Source: Takakia lepidozioides (lineage: Eukaryota > Plantae > Bryophyta). Taken from it: a stretch of DNA of 64,000 nucleotides. Within the stretch, counting starts at the first letter, position 1. Every line of letters starts with the position of its first letter. The stretch is taken from the NCBI GenBank assembly GCA_030704615.1, contig CM060734.1:24118001-24182000 (forward strand), written 5' to 3'. The notes below the pieces were generated by a model. The model did not search any database and had not been told where the DNA came from. It worked only from the letters and a program-made list of their open reading frames with translations. Shown here piece by piece: positions 11,571 through 24,004 of the stretch. The position numbers were made by a program, and so were the translations under genes.

Positions 11571-14500
11571 GAGGTTTACTATTTCATGAGCAAAAACCAT
11601 GAGCCATGAGCCATGAGCCGCATGAGCGGTGAGCCGAAGTCTAAGACACGCGGATTTCATGAGCGGACTCCTCCAAATTTGGAAATGCGGCAGATTAAAC
11701 AAGTATTAAAATAATAGTTTTATATTTGACCTTGCCGTTTTTGGAAGTTACGGATCCTGTAATGCGGCAAAGATATGTCGTCAGTAACAACTCCGCTCAT
11801 GGTTTTTTAGATCCGCTCATGGAAATGAGTGACCGTGCAACGAGAAATCCAGTATACCACGACAAAAGGACGTCGCATACTGGCCTGTATAGAGTATTCC
11901 GCGGTTTTACATGCCTTAACATTGGAATGAAGCTGACCCTTTTGCCGCGACTGAACCAATAGAGTCTGCTTAATTCTATCATCTTCCAGTATTCGGCGGG
12001 AAAGTTTTGCAAATGAATTAGGAAATGCGGTGCCGCATTAGGGTTCGCACGTGCGAAATTTCTGGGCGGTTTGGTGTTGCTGACTGCCGCATCTACCAGT
12101 ACCTACGACGTTACTTGGAAATGCGGCGCCACATTTCCTTGCCGGGGGTCGAATGAGGAAAGCAAAGTTTGGGAGAGCTGAAAAACAGGAACCCTCCAAC
12201 ACACAAAAATACATGCACGTGGAAACACGAGTGAATGACATAGTATTATCGACGTTCGAGCAAAACAGGTTACTGGTAGGCAAGACATAAGTCGGACCTT
12301 TCTGTGGCCAGAGTCAGAGCTACTTGCAACAGTACAGTTCTACTATCCGAAAAGGATGGGCGTACCATTGTGTTGGGACCGCAAGCCAAGCTCACTGGTC
12401 CCCTGGATCCATATTCAGAAGAGTGTGCACCTCTTGGGGGCTCAACCCTGGTGCATGTATGAAGTGATGAGTTGTGGAATTACACCGGAGTCTCTTTAGG
12501 TACACGTAGTACAGATGCTTGCAAGGGCAGTATGATGCCCCCTTGTTCGCCATGATCTGAAAGTCGGTGCAATTGTAGGTGGGTAATTCTGAAATTGTGA
12601 TGGTGTACACCTCATTGCGAACAGCTGAGCCTGTAGTGGCCATCTGATACACACGCCCGAAGCCTGGTGGGGGCACTTCTGTCGAGCTCTGGATTGTACA
12701 GTTCATCCGAAGTGCATTCCCTATCCTCGTCTCGTTCACTTTTGAGGGAGGTCGCCGCCTCTTCGGTTTCCCCCAACGGTGTGTAGGTTGCTTAGAGCTG
12801 TCGGGTCCCATTGTTCTTGCTCTCACAGGGGTCGGTGGTGGAGGCTGTGGAAGCGGAAATGGTTGTCTGGGGACGTTAGTGCGCTGCACCATCCGAAATC
12901 CTGCGGCGGTAAGGGCGTCGGCCTCAACCTGACTCAGATCGCAGCCTGGTTCCACCGGCCACACCGGGGGAGCCTCTGGCATTGTTTGTATGCCGTACTT
13001 GGGCTTTCCATACACGCAAGTCATAATGTCGTGCCTGCAGAACCAGAACTGGGTGGTTGTCGCCTCCGCAAACTTTGCATGGACAAATCTTCCTGTAGAA
13101 GTAGGAGCAGGGACAGCACCATCTGGATTCCTCCTTATCATCTCTAAACAACGTTGCCGTGTATCCACTCGAATTGCGGAACACCTGCCTCGAAACGACG
13201 GCTTTGTGCGAGCAATTCTCCACTGTGACGCAGACACAGTCGTCTCCACAATGGCTTGGCCATACTGCATAACAGGGGGCGAAATCTGGGGCAAGCGAGC
13301 GGTGGGAATTTCTCGCACGGAATCCCCGCTTGAAGGCGATGGCGATCTGGAATTTCTTGGGCTTCCACTGCTGGAAGACACATTGTGCGGCAACATGATG
13401 GGCCCTCGAGGTGTTGTCCGAATGTTCCTGTCGGATCTCCAGGAATCCTCTTTGCACCCAGGTTCCTCTTCAATCCTCCGCCTCACAGGGCGAGTACGGA
13501 CGTCCCCCTCTAGGTGTTCACCTCTGCGGTGCAGAGGCGTCCCTTTGATCTTCTCTCGCAATGTTGTCGCCCATTTCAGTGGATTCTTTGACCTCGAAGC
13601 TGTTCGCACCAACAATACCTCCCTGTCCGGCCCAAAGCCCCATTGTTTCCCGCTCAGGAACTTGTAGTACGTGGCTTGCTGCATGATTGCTCTGTCGATG
13701 TCCTCCGTTGTGGCCGTCACTACGTCCACCATATGTGCGGCAGAAGACGCTCGCCAGGAGGAGTGCACTGATTCTGCCATATTCGTGTTCGGCATGTCCG
13801 TGTCGGAATCCAAGCACCACTCCTACAAGGACACAGACAATGGTGAGGAACCAATGGAAAGGTCCGTAATAGAAAGATAATTGCACGAAAATGACAGGAT
13901 CATACCTCCCGCATGTACTGTCCAAACTGTCGATACCGGAAATGCCACCACCCCAACCAGCTGTGCAAGGCTCCCAGATTGGTTGTCTCCACTGCACCTG
14001 ACGTGTTCCACCAAGCCTCGATGATAGCAAACTTAACCTCCGCGTCATCAAATGTGGGTGCATCCTTCCACGCCGTACAAAGGACACGGTGTTCAGCCTG
14101 GAATGAGCTAGCAACAAATTTGGTAGTGTAGTGGGATAGACTCTGCATCCAATGGAATCCACAGGATCTCTCTTTCCCCTCCATTGGAACATTGGGGTCC
14201 TCACCGTACACACGCCGCACCGCTGCCCAGTTGGCCTGAGCGTTGTCTGCCATGAATCCCCTGAAATTGGGCTCTGGCAATCCCGCCCTTGCCATCTGCT
14301 CGTTTATGCCCTCCCACAGATGCATCTCCGATTGTGTGTCCTCCCCTTTCATCTCGCAGATTGCAATCGTCATGAGCCTCTTGGAATGATAGTCATAAAC
14401 ATGCGCACCCATAGTCACCCACTGATGGTTTGTAATTCGCTTGATGTGATCAAACATCACCCAAGCATTCGAAAGGTTTCCAGTTGTCATGCGAGTGACC

Positions 14501-16565
14501 AAGTCGACTCCACTCCCAGGCCCACACGTCGACATTTTAAAAATGTAACAACGATCGGATTCGCCTTGCCCTGGAAACCTGCTACCTTGGATGTAGTCAT
14601 ATCCAGTCATTCGTTTCACCTCCAGGATTGAATGCATGTCCGACCCCCGGCCGAACTCCTGCTTGCAAGATACGATGTGATTCCGCACATTTGGACTACA
14701 AACGTGCGAGACAGACTCCAACAGGTCAAGCATCTCCTTTTCGTTCAAGGGCACTCGGTCTGAACCATCTTTAGACATGATTTTTCCAAGAGCAATCTTG
14801 TGGGCTGCCTTCAGCTGAATCTGCTTTGATCTTGCTCCGGGGCTCAATTTCACCTCCTCTTTTATGATGTCGTGTGCTTCCTGCACAGCCTCACGCATGT
14901 TGCCTCTCGCCAAGGGGTGGCAGTGGACCCCAACGTGTATGCAAGCTCTAGTCAAGTCCGGGAGCAAATGGATTACGTAATATTGCTTGGCTCTGCACAT
15001 GGACATGCACGTCGGTGGTTCTTTGCAATGTGCGCACTTGAAAGTACCCGCAGGAGCTTGGCTGGAGACAATGAATGGATGATGAGTTGTGCCAGTCCAA
15101 TCCGTCTCGTTTCTCCGCCTTCCTTTGGAAAGAAAGTGGAAGCAGGCGGGATTCAGGCACCTCAGCTTCCCCGCACAGAGGACGTATCGTACACGAACAC
15201 CATCAGCAATTTTCGTGCTACTGTTCTTCGTCACACACCAGGGGTGTCCGTCATGCTTTCGATCCATGTCTGTTAACATCCCTGAGGCTTTGTTTGAGGA
15301 AGTGACAGGTGGACACTCGAAGATGACATTGCCATCGACTTCGAGAGATAGATACGTTACCTTCCTGACCGGAAATTTGACATAGTCGAGAGCAGCCAGC
15401 TCGGAGCGAGAACCATCCAGGTGATGTTGCCGTAGGAGCTGCACAATGGACCGGGTTGGAGTTATGCTCAAGAGTACTTGCGTAGCACCTGCAGAGACGT
15501 CCATGTCGGATTTGAACGACCGTGTGGAGGACATGGGGACCTCAATGCACTCATCTTCATCGTCGGAAATGTCGAATACGTCCACACGAGAAGCTATGGA
15601 GGGTCTTGACGGTCCAGGTCGGGAATTATTATCGTTGCATACCTCTCTGTTGGCAGTGGCCGCCTGTCGGTTTCCGGACTCCTTTGTGGATGGTGTGGGC
15701 AGCGACTGATTCGGAAAGGGAATGGGCATTCCCACAGCTTGGTATAGGATGGTGTCTGATGGGGGTACGTGCCATTCGATTCCGCAACCTCCGTCGTTAC
15801 CTAGCACGACAATGGTCTCGTCAACCTGTCCAGGAACATCCTTCCTTTCTTCTTCCAAGTAAACTGTGCCCGGTTTGAGCTTGAATTTAGAACAAAGGTA
15901 AGTTTCAGTCACTCTGCAAAGTCCTCCCTCGTTTGGGATCCAGGCTCTCCCAAGTTGCGGAGGACAGCAAACTATAGCGTAGGAATTCGGAGCCATCGAA
16001 CACCGCACGAAGTTGGCAAGTGCGAGGTTCAGTATAGCGACAGACGAAGGCTCACAGGCACCATGCGGAGTCCATCGACGATTGGAAGTCGCACATTGAA
16101 GTGGAAAGTATAGTTTCAAGCTACATGCATGAAGGTGGGAGGTGTGATTCCATAGCCAGTAAGTTAGACAATGATGGCCGAATCGGCGACGAAATAACAT
16201 CTCCTGACAGTTTCTCCTGAGGGTGGATCTAGCAGTATTCTCGGTACGGACAGGAGCGTTCGCACTGACAAGTGCCAAGACTGTTAGTTAAAACGGTCAG
16301 ACAACCTAGTTGTGCTCATCAAGATTGCCCGCAATTCTGTTGTTTCGGAACAATGCAACCCATTCAGGTTCAGCATGCGGAAATGAGGTTTCAGATTTCC
16401 GTCCGGACTGATTCTTTCGATTGCTGCTGGACGGAAATACGTAGCCGCATTTCCGTATTGCGTCTTGGTCATGCACCAGAGCGACGGAAATGCGGCACCG
16501 AGTTTCCGTCCGGGCAAAACCTTTACACTCTCCAGAACGGAAATGCGGTAACGCATTTCCATCTG
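11571..16565 (-). mobile_element. MULE-like transposon, subfamily B, copy B1 (truncated in its upstream array)
   Basis: Begins GAGGTTTACTATTTCATGAGC with CATGAGC subrepeats. Contains the transposase gene and B-type palindromes at 12021-12040, 12117-12138 and 16380-16562. Confidence 0.85.
12392..15996 (-). CDS. MULE transposase, ~1170 aa, two exons (15996-13906, 13822-12392): GCM-like Zn domain, DDE core, SWIM finger
   Basis: Phase-0 GT-AG intron 13905-13823 joins ...QYMRE to EWCLDSD...TNMAESVH. Catalytic D (VMFDH), D (MADNA), CGFH and E (MAES). N-terminal W...CAGKLRC..PAC...KCAHC...C...GVHCHP. No stop or frameshift. Start ATG chosen by homology with the A copies. Confidence 0.85.
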
Positions 16566-17385
16566 ATAAGCAAACTAGTAGTGCTAAGTAAGTTGGCTGT
16601 GTATGCCCTGGTGAAGCACTGGTGGCATATGCTAGATAGGAGACCCGTAATGACAAGTGATAGTCCAAGAAGTCAGCTAGTGCGGAGCATGTTGTGGCCA
16701 TGATGCCGGGGTAGAGCCAAGTTGGGGGACAGTCAGCTACATAGCATGGGGCGGCTGCCCTAACGTGCAGAGTGCCATCATTGCTGCTGAATGTGGCAAA
16801 CCATACAAAGGGATCATCACTGAGTATATAATTCACATTGTCAGTCCAGTTATGACGCGCCATAAAGAAAACCAACCATGTGGGCATTCTGGTGCGAAAA
16901 AGGCTAAAGATTTGCCTACTCTCAGGCGTGTGTTGACAGATGAGACTCGACAGGGATGCAATAGACCAGGGGATGTAAGGAGGAAACCCAGGGTAAGATG
17001 CATAATGTAGTAAGGAAGAAAGCAAGGGTGACAAACCAGGCAAAAAATGAGAAGGAAGAAATCCATTGAGTGGCCCTGCTGCAGCTCTGGTGATGGCAGC
17101 TTGGGTAGTGCTGCTGTTTTCCAGGGTATAATGGGAAGCATTCAGAATGTGTAGGGCAGCGGCAGAACAATAAGTAGGGGGTCTGGGAGAGCATACGTGG
17201 GTGGCTGTTGGTGGCACTTGAAGAGGTTGAGCATTTGAGAAGTGACAAACCTGATATAAACAGTGAGAACATACTTGCACTTGCAGTCGGGGGTCCGGTG
17301 ATGGATTGGCGCTGATGCATGAGTATACTCCTGGTTGGTGTAGAGAGGGTTTGCTGATGAGGGTGAGTTGGTCGTACTTGCTTGT

Positions 17386-18194
17386 TGTCGAGCGGCTTTT
17401 ACTCACCCATCCCTTCGCTATCCGAGGTGGAAACTCCAAGATAGAAGAGTTGGTTATCTCTAAGCACTCAGCCCGCTCAGAACAATCAGTCATGACCTGC
17501 AGCTAGTGAATCATGGTTGTGCTTCCTATTTGTATTCTTTCCTGCCTTCATGTTATCAATTTACCTTACCGTGTATACTGAAGCATCAGATTGCTTCAGT
17601 ATCTACTAAGTTCCAGTTAATCATGCATTCATTCCACAGCTTCTCTCGTGTCTCTCTACACAGTATGTTTGTATCGATTCGGTATCGGATTAAGATTAGT
17701 CATGTTTCATGCCTATGCCATGGTGTCTCTATTCTATCCTACTGTATAATTCTACAGCTTGCATGAACTAAGCCTCATTCAAGTCATCATCTCCAAGTCC
17801 TCCCCTTCCCGTTGCCGCTCTCCCAATCTACCCGCAAGTTGTTCTAACCACCTAACTAACTAACCGTCACCCCTGAAGTAACACGTTCTCTCTGCAGTTG
17901 TCGTTCTCTCACAGTCGTTCCCTGTCAATGATAACTGTTCCCCATGTACTGTGACAGGCTGTGTCAAGCTGTGCCGAGCTGTGACTGGTTGTGTAAAGTT
18001 GTGTTGGGCTGTGGCTGGCTGTGCGAAGTTGTGTTGAGCTGTGACTGGCTGTGTGAACCTGTGTCAAGTTGTGTAACCCCCCTAAAGCCTGCTCCTGCCA
18101 CCCCTAAGACTCCTGTTGGTCTCAGTCTGCGCAAAAATTAAGGGTACCCCACAGAACCCATAAAAGCGTCTAAGTCCCAAGCAGCCCTCTAACA
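17386..18194 (-). repeat. 3' LTR
   Basis: On the minus strand, PPT GAGAGGGGGAGGGG precedes TGTTAGAG... and the LTR ends ...CTCGACA. Homologous to 50433-51327. Confidence 0.7.
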
Positions 18195-18589
18195 TTACCC
18201 CTCCCCCTCTCAAAAAGCCGTGTCCTCACGGTTTACTGTTTGGGATTAGCAAACCTTTGTGAGCGAGCACCCTTCTGACGGTGAGAGTCTCGTGAAGGAC
18301 TCCGTGTGCGAGCCCGAGTCCTGTCACTGGCTCATGGGGATGATTGAGCACTACCTGGAAATGTCTGACCCTCCTTTGGCTGATAACGAGGTAACCTCTC
18401 AGGCATAGGAGATCCCCATCGTTTCTTCTCTGCCATCTGAAGTGCATAGTCCTCTGCCATGTCAAAAGAGTCCTCTGAAGAAACAGTGGTATCAGAATCC
18501 TCGTCCCCCCTTAGATGTTTTAACGGCCGAACTTTAAGTGGAATCCTGTGTGGCATACAATGTGGTCCCACCATGTCTAGAAGTTTAAA

Positions 18590-21500
18590 CTATACAACTT
18601 GCTGTAAGCGCTTGTAAGCAAAATTAGTGAACGCCCTGAACTCCTTATCCGTATAGGTGAGAGGTGTGCCAATGACTTTGGAACAGTATAAGTATTTCCA
18701 GGCTTCATGTCCCTTAAAGAAAATATCCTCAAGGCCAAATTTCTGTGTTGTCAAATTGTTCCAAGCCGAATTAAACCATGAACGAAGTTGGGAATCCTTC
18801 TGCATCATAACTTTTGCATCGTATAGGTACATATGAGGTGACACTGAAGGTAAGACCCAATGATCCCCACTGGAATAACTCATAAATCGTGATTGCATCT
18901 TCTGCTGCTCAATGTGATAACGTGCCAGAAAACAAGCAGCATAGTATAATCCACAGCCCATGACAATACTATATACCTCCTTGGTCTTGGTATAGATGTA
19001 CCCATGTACAACCTGGAAGGCAATTAATTCCTTCAGCATGGTACCTGCCTCAGACCAGTACCTCACAAAGTGATGATCCTCAATGGGTCGATTGTTCGGA
19101 AGAACCTTAGTCCGAGTTGCCACCGGCAACCAAATGCGCATGATCTGGTAGTAATGTGCCAACGACTGCGGAGGACTAAATTCCTTACAAGCCAAATCCA
19201 GCACAATGGGAATTTGGTTGAAGGGCATAATCATAGCCCGACTGTACTCCCGTGCAGCAGGAGTCCTAGGTGGGTTAAAAGCAGCATCCCCCCATACCTC
19301 AGGATGTGGTTTGGCTATAGTAGCAACAGGGTCAGCTACCTGCACAGGCACCTGCTGTGGTATTGGTACCACTGGCCCTTCTACCATTGGCATCTCCTGC
19401 ACCCCATGCGAAGAAGATTGAAAAATTAGAGTCCTGGCATGTAAATAAGCAGCCATCAGCTGCTCCTCAGGAACAAAGACTCTCTTATCAATATTTGAAC
19501 TCGGGTCATCCACTTGAGTCTGCAGGCCTTCCACATCCTCCTGTAGCTCTGCTATCCTACTATAGACATTGTCTATAGTAGTTATGGCAATGTTTTGCAC
19601 CTACAATCTGAGCTCATTCATCTCGTCCTGGGTGAGCTTCCATGGTGCTTTGCCTTCTACCGGCCCTTGTGCTAACCAGACCTGCATAAGGTGGTTATCC
19701 ACCAAGTCCTGTGTGGCACCCCTGAGAGTCTACTCCTCCGTGAGTCGGTACACATCTAATTGCTGTTATAAAGCCTCCATGCGCTTCGCATGAGGTTCAA
19801 CCAGGCCCACATAGGCAGCAGCCAGATTATTGGCTTCCTTCCAAGCCTTGTTAGCCACAGAGAGTTCATTTCTATTGACCATGACTGTTTGTTGCAACTC
19901 CAGGATGTACCTCTCCTGGTCAGCCTCAACCTATCTGTATTGTTTGAAAGTATTCTCATTGCGACAGATTGTATCCTTTATATCAACAATGAGTTTCCCT
20001 TGCTCTATTATCTCAGCTTCTGCCCTCATACATCTCTCCCCTTGTCTGTTAACTTCTAATGCAGTTTGCTCTAGAGCAGTTGTGAGTGTAGCACATTGTA
20101 TGGTCATCTTCTGATGTACTGCCTCCAACTCTGTATGTAGTACGTTCACTTCTTGCAACTTGCCCTCATGCTTCACCTGCAATTGGTATAACTGTTGCTT
20201 ATGTGCTTCATGCAACTGGTCCTGCTCGAGACTTGCTTCAATCAAATGTCCCTTGGCCAACTGCAAGGCAGCCTTTGTGTCCTCCAACTCTTGTTGTAAC
20301 TTGAGATTGACCTCATCATCTATCTTGTTAGCACACTCTGTGGCAATTCGAGCCTCAAACTCTTTCCCGAGTTCCTCCCTCAAAACTGCCAATTGGGTAG
20401 ATGGAACATGGGATTTTACATAACTACCCAACAAATTAAGTGTCATGCTTATGGAACTCATAAGCATGGCCTGCTGGGGGTCATCATGGTGAACTTGCTG
20501 CTATTCTCCCTGATCCTCCACAGTGTGATGCTTCACCAACCATTCAGGCCATTGCCCCACCAGATCCTCTTCCTGAACCACCTCATCCACCACAGGTGCT
20601 GCAGTGTCCTTATATTCTACCCCTGGTACCTCCGTCACAGGTGTGGGTATTACATGCACAGCAGGGATTTCCCTGGACAAATTCTGCACCTCTGGAACCA
20701 TTGATTCCCTTACCAAGCCAGAGTTTTCATAGAGAAGGTCACCCTTCTCAATTTCTGCCACGACCTGCTCTGTAGTGGGAATGTCCAACCTTTCTCCGTC
20801 CAGAGCAATTGGGGGTGGTGTCACAGTATGTTCTAACTGTGGAACCTCTGAGGCAACTGAGTCAACTGGTACCGAAGTGACTTCTTCCTCCCTCTCCAAA
20901 GGTCGTGCTTCCAATAATAACAGCCCTCTGTGCTGCTGTGCCCCATCCTGCACAAGAGCTTGAGAAACATCATCTTGCGATTTCCGTGAAGCCAGTGGAT
21001 CCGCCACTACAGTCATACCCCGCTACTGTCTCTTAGACTGGTGTTGCCCTGCCAGTCCACCCTCACTATGTGAAGAGCTTTGCTCTTCAATTGCAGTGGT
21101 TACTGCCTCAAACACTCCCATCTCCTTACGTTCCCGAGTATCAAGTATGCAAGAATCAAGAATTATTTCGGCAATGACTGGACCAGACACAATGATCGGA
21201 GACTTAGCAGCAGTGCCCTGTAACCTCTTCATCTTGTCCACCAGACCATTGTACATTAACTCCGCCCAAGCTACATCCTCTCCCCTCAAAGCTTTCAGGA
21301 TCTCCTCTGTGAATGACCTGCTCAAATATTGTTGGTTCTGTTTCATGGCAAACAAAACGTTCAATATTTGGCCAACTTCTCTGAGCCCTGGGTACTCGGT
21401 TTTGGTACAAGCATAATCTTGAGTCTTAAAGAAACTCCCTTCTTGGAACAAATTCCCTATCTGCAATCTTGCCCTGCGCTCATCCACATCCACATGATCT

Positions 21501-21982
21501 GATGGCAAATCTAACAATTGCTGCAATTACTGGGGAGTATTTTCTATATCTATTCCCCTCACCTGGGTAACTCCCGTCCGAGGCTCAAAGTTCTGAAGAA
21601 ATTGATTCCTATACTGCCGATGATGCAAGGACCGGTCCTTGCGTAGCAGCCCCTCCAATCACAACTCCCTCAGCAGCTGCACTGCCTGCGGTGTAGCAAT
21701 TGTTTGCTTCTGCAGAATCGTGGTGTTCTTCACCCTGATATCCTCCATTCCCCTCACTCTCTTCATTCTAGACAAACAAAAAGGCCTTGTTTGAAACAGC
21801 TGAAGGAAAGCTTGCAGGGCACAAAGCATAAAGGTATGATTGGCACAGAATGGAACAGGTAAGTGCTTGTAAGCCTGTGGGGCTTGCAAGTATCGAGTGA
21901 GAGAAAATGTACTCTCAATTCGTCTGTCCTTGCGCCATTGCGTGAGAAGTAAAGCGAGTGTGTAATCCGTTACATCCGCCAT
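18590..21982 (-). pseudogene. Retrotransposon extra ORF downstream of pol (putative plant transposon protein-like N-terminus plus coiled coil), interrupted by stops
   Basis: Collinear ORF pieces 21659-22042, 21023-21526, 20501-21016, 19931-20467 and 18590-19600 are conserved with the copy at 45867-50060. Confidence 0.65.
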
Positions 21983-22102
21983 AGCTATAAAGCTAGTGCT
22001 TTGATTGCCCCTCCCGTCGAGACACTGGCTATTCGGAGCCACCCCGACTCTTCCGCTTATAACACTTCCTATTTATTGTTCTTGTTTCTTGGAGGGAACC
22101 AC

Positions 22103-23254
22103 CTACATGTAATTCTCACTCCTGATTGGCTGTTGCCTGCTTAGGTAACTTCTTAATTCCACCCCCCTCCGTGGACATTCCCACCTGGAATGTCCAGTAG
22201 GACAGCACATGTGGCATAGGTCCCTCTTTTTTGTACTCGGAAAGGGTTCCGTTACCCTTGCTCTGAATGCATTAATGAGCCCACAAATAGTCTTAGCTGA
22301 TGTACCGGGTAGGTACTTTGACGGCCCGATTTGTCCTCTTGCATGATGAGACCCACTCTTGCAATTTATGCAGTGCGGTGTGCTTTGCCTTAGTGGCCAC
22401 GTGTCCGTTTCTAGACATGCCCCCGACTTCCCCTCTCCGCGTGGCATATTCTCCGAGTTTGACTTCCAAACTTCTTCTTCACTTGACGGCCACTTTTCTG
22501 ACGTTAACCCGCGTCCACCTGTCACTGACCCAATGGACTGTGTAACCCGCATGGGCTGTGTTGGGCTGTGACAGGCTGTGTCTAACTGTGGTGAATTGTG
22601 ATAGGCTGTGTCACGCTGTGTTGGGCTGTAATAGGCTGTGTGGCACAGTGGTGGGCTGTGATAGGCTGTGTCACGCTGTGATGGGCTGTGATAGGCTGTG
22701 TGGCACTGTGGTGGGCTGTGATAGGCTGTGTCAATCTGTGATGGGCTGTGATAGGCTGTGTGGCACTGTGGTGGGCTGTGATATCTATGCGACCACATGT
22801 ACTTCCCGCCCTGGTCATACACACCCGGCTTAGCGACAAATGCTCCATACTCCGTTGGTATCACTGGCGCAGCTCGTGACTGTTTTTGCGTTTCAACATG
22901 CAAATCGTGCTGCAATGGTTTGTCATGGATACCACTATACCCCTTCAACTTATTGGCATTGACTCTTCCCAACATTTCTTTGTTAATGGTTTGTAACATG
23001 ACGGTGTTATTATCATACATCTTCTGTATGACATAAGGTCCTTTCCATGGTGATTTAAGCTTAGAAGCTTTAATCTTCCCCTTCTTCTGCAACCACAGTA
23101 CCAAATCTCCCGTCTTAAAAGTCTTTAATTTACCTTCATCAAACTGATCCTTCCTCTTCATTTGAATTTTGGTCATGTTATCAGCTTCATCAGCACGTAC
23201 TTCTTCCACATGGTATAATTCATGTTTCCTGACCTTAATTGAATCTTCCAATTC
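22103..23254 (-). CDS. Integrase C-terminal tail with 10-aa repeats and CCHC knuckle (partial)
   Basis: FKTGDLVL...WKGPY.I motif, TAYHSPxQxD repeats, CHMCCPTGHSRWEC. Confidence 0.7.
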   Translation of the reverse strand, partial: ELEDSIKVRKHELYHVEEVRADEADNMTKIQMKRKDQFDEGKLKTFKTGDLVLWLQKKGKIKASKLKSPWKGPYVIQKMYDNNTVMLQTINKEMLGRVNANKLKGYSGIHDKPLQHDLHVETQKQSRAAPVIPTEYGAFVAKPGVYDQGGKYMWSHRYHSPPQCHTAYHSPSQIDTAYHSPPQCHTAYHSPSQRDTAYHSPPLCHTAYYSPTQRDTAYHNSPQLDTACHSPTQPMRVTQSIGSVTGGRGLTSEKWPSSEEEVWKSNSENMPRGEGKSGACLETDTWPLRQSTPHCINCKSGSHHARGQIGPSKYLPGTSAKTICGLINAFRARVTEPFPSTKKRDLCHMCCPTGHSRWECPRRGVELRSYLSRQQPIRSENYM

Positions 23255-23489
23255 GAGGTTTGCTATTTCATGAGCATGAGCGGCATGAGCAGAGTAGTAA
23301 CACAATCGGTTTTCATGAGCAGAAGTACAAATTTTGAAAATAAAAAACAATAAAAAACAATAATTTAATGCAATGTGTCAGAAAAAACAAATATATTATT
23401 CGGCCCCTTGAAGGGAAAATTGCACTTTTGACAGTTGTGCTCATGATATTTCGTCTTCCGCTCATGCCAATTCCCAGCGACATGTGCAA

Positions 23490-23850
23490 ATATGGCGCCG
23501 AATTTCGCGGTAATAGGGTCCGTAACCTGAAAAAACGGCGACGTATTTCGCGGCAATAGGTCTCTCTGGCGAAAAATGGTGCCGAATTCCGCGGCTATAG
23601 GTCCCCTCATGACAGGTAATTCGGCGCCATTTTTCCAGTGCATGTTCGGACTTAGCCAGTTTTCGGCCCAAAAAGAGAAATTCGGCGCCATTTTTCCAGA
23701 CACGGTACCAGTGCATGTTGGGACTTAGCCAGTTTTCGGCCCCAAAAAGAGAAATTCGGCGCCATTTTCCCAAACACAGGTACCAGTGCATGTTGGGACT
23801 TAGCGAGTTTTCGGCCCCAAAAAGAGAAATTCGGCGCCATTTTTCCAGAA
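23490..23850. repeat. 3' subterminal palindrome array of A2
   Basis: Reverse complement of 6240-6680 with one fewer unit. Confidence 0.8.
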
Positions 23851-24004
23851 ATGGCCCCACAACTGCTTCTGTTGGATCTCAGTTTGAATGGAATATTGCC
23901 TCATTCCAGGAGTTTTGGGGTGCATTTCATTACACTGCAAAAAAAAAGTCTGATACAGCAAAATGCATTTGAAAATATCCATATGGAGGATTCCGTTTGC
24001 CCCA

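Larger units (their letters stand above)
17386..23254 (-). mobile_element. 3' half of a Ty3/gypsy (Athila/Tat-like) LTR retrotransposon with extra ORF
   Basis: Integrase C-terminus (KLKSPWKGPY), extra ORF, polypurine tract and LTR. Homologous to 44690-51327 in the opposite orientation. Confidence 0.8.

Noticed and set aside
16566-17385. 395-aa ORF 16306-17493 (-)
   Set aside because: It crosses an LTR, an unassigned segment and the MULE array, and has no recognisable domain; probably a chance fusion.
22103-23350. 415-aa ORF as a single gene
   Set aside because: Its first ~32 codons come from the MULE terminus read into the truncated integrase.
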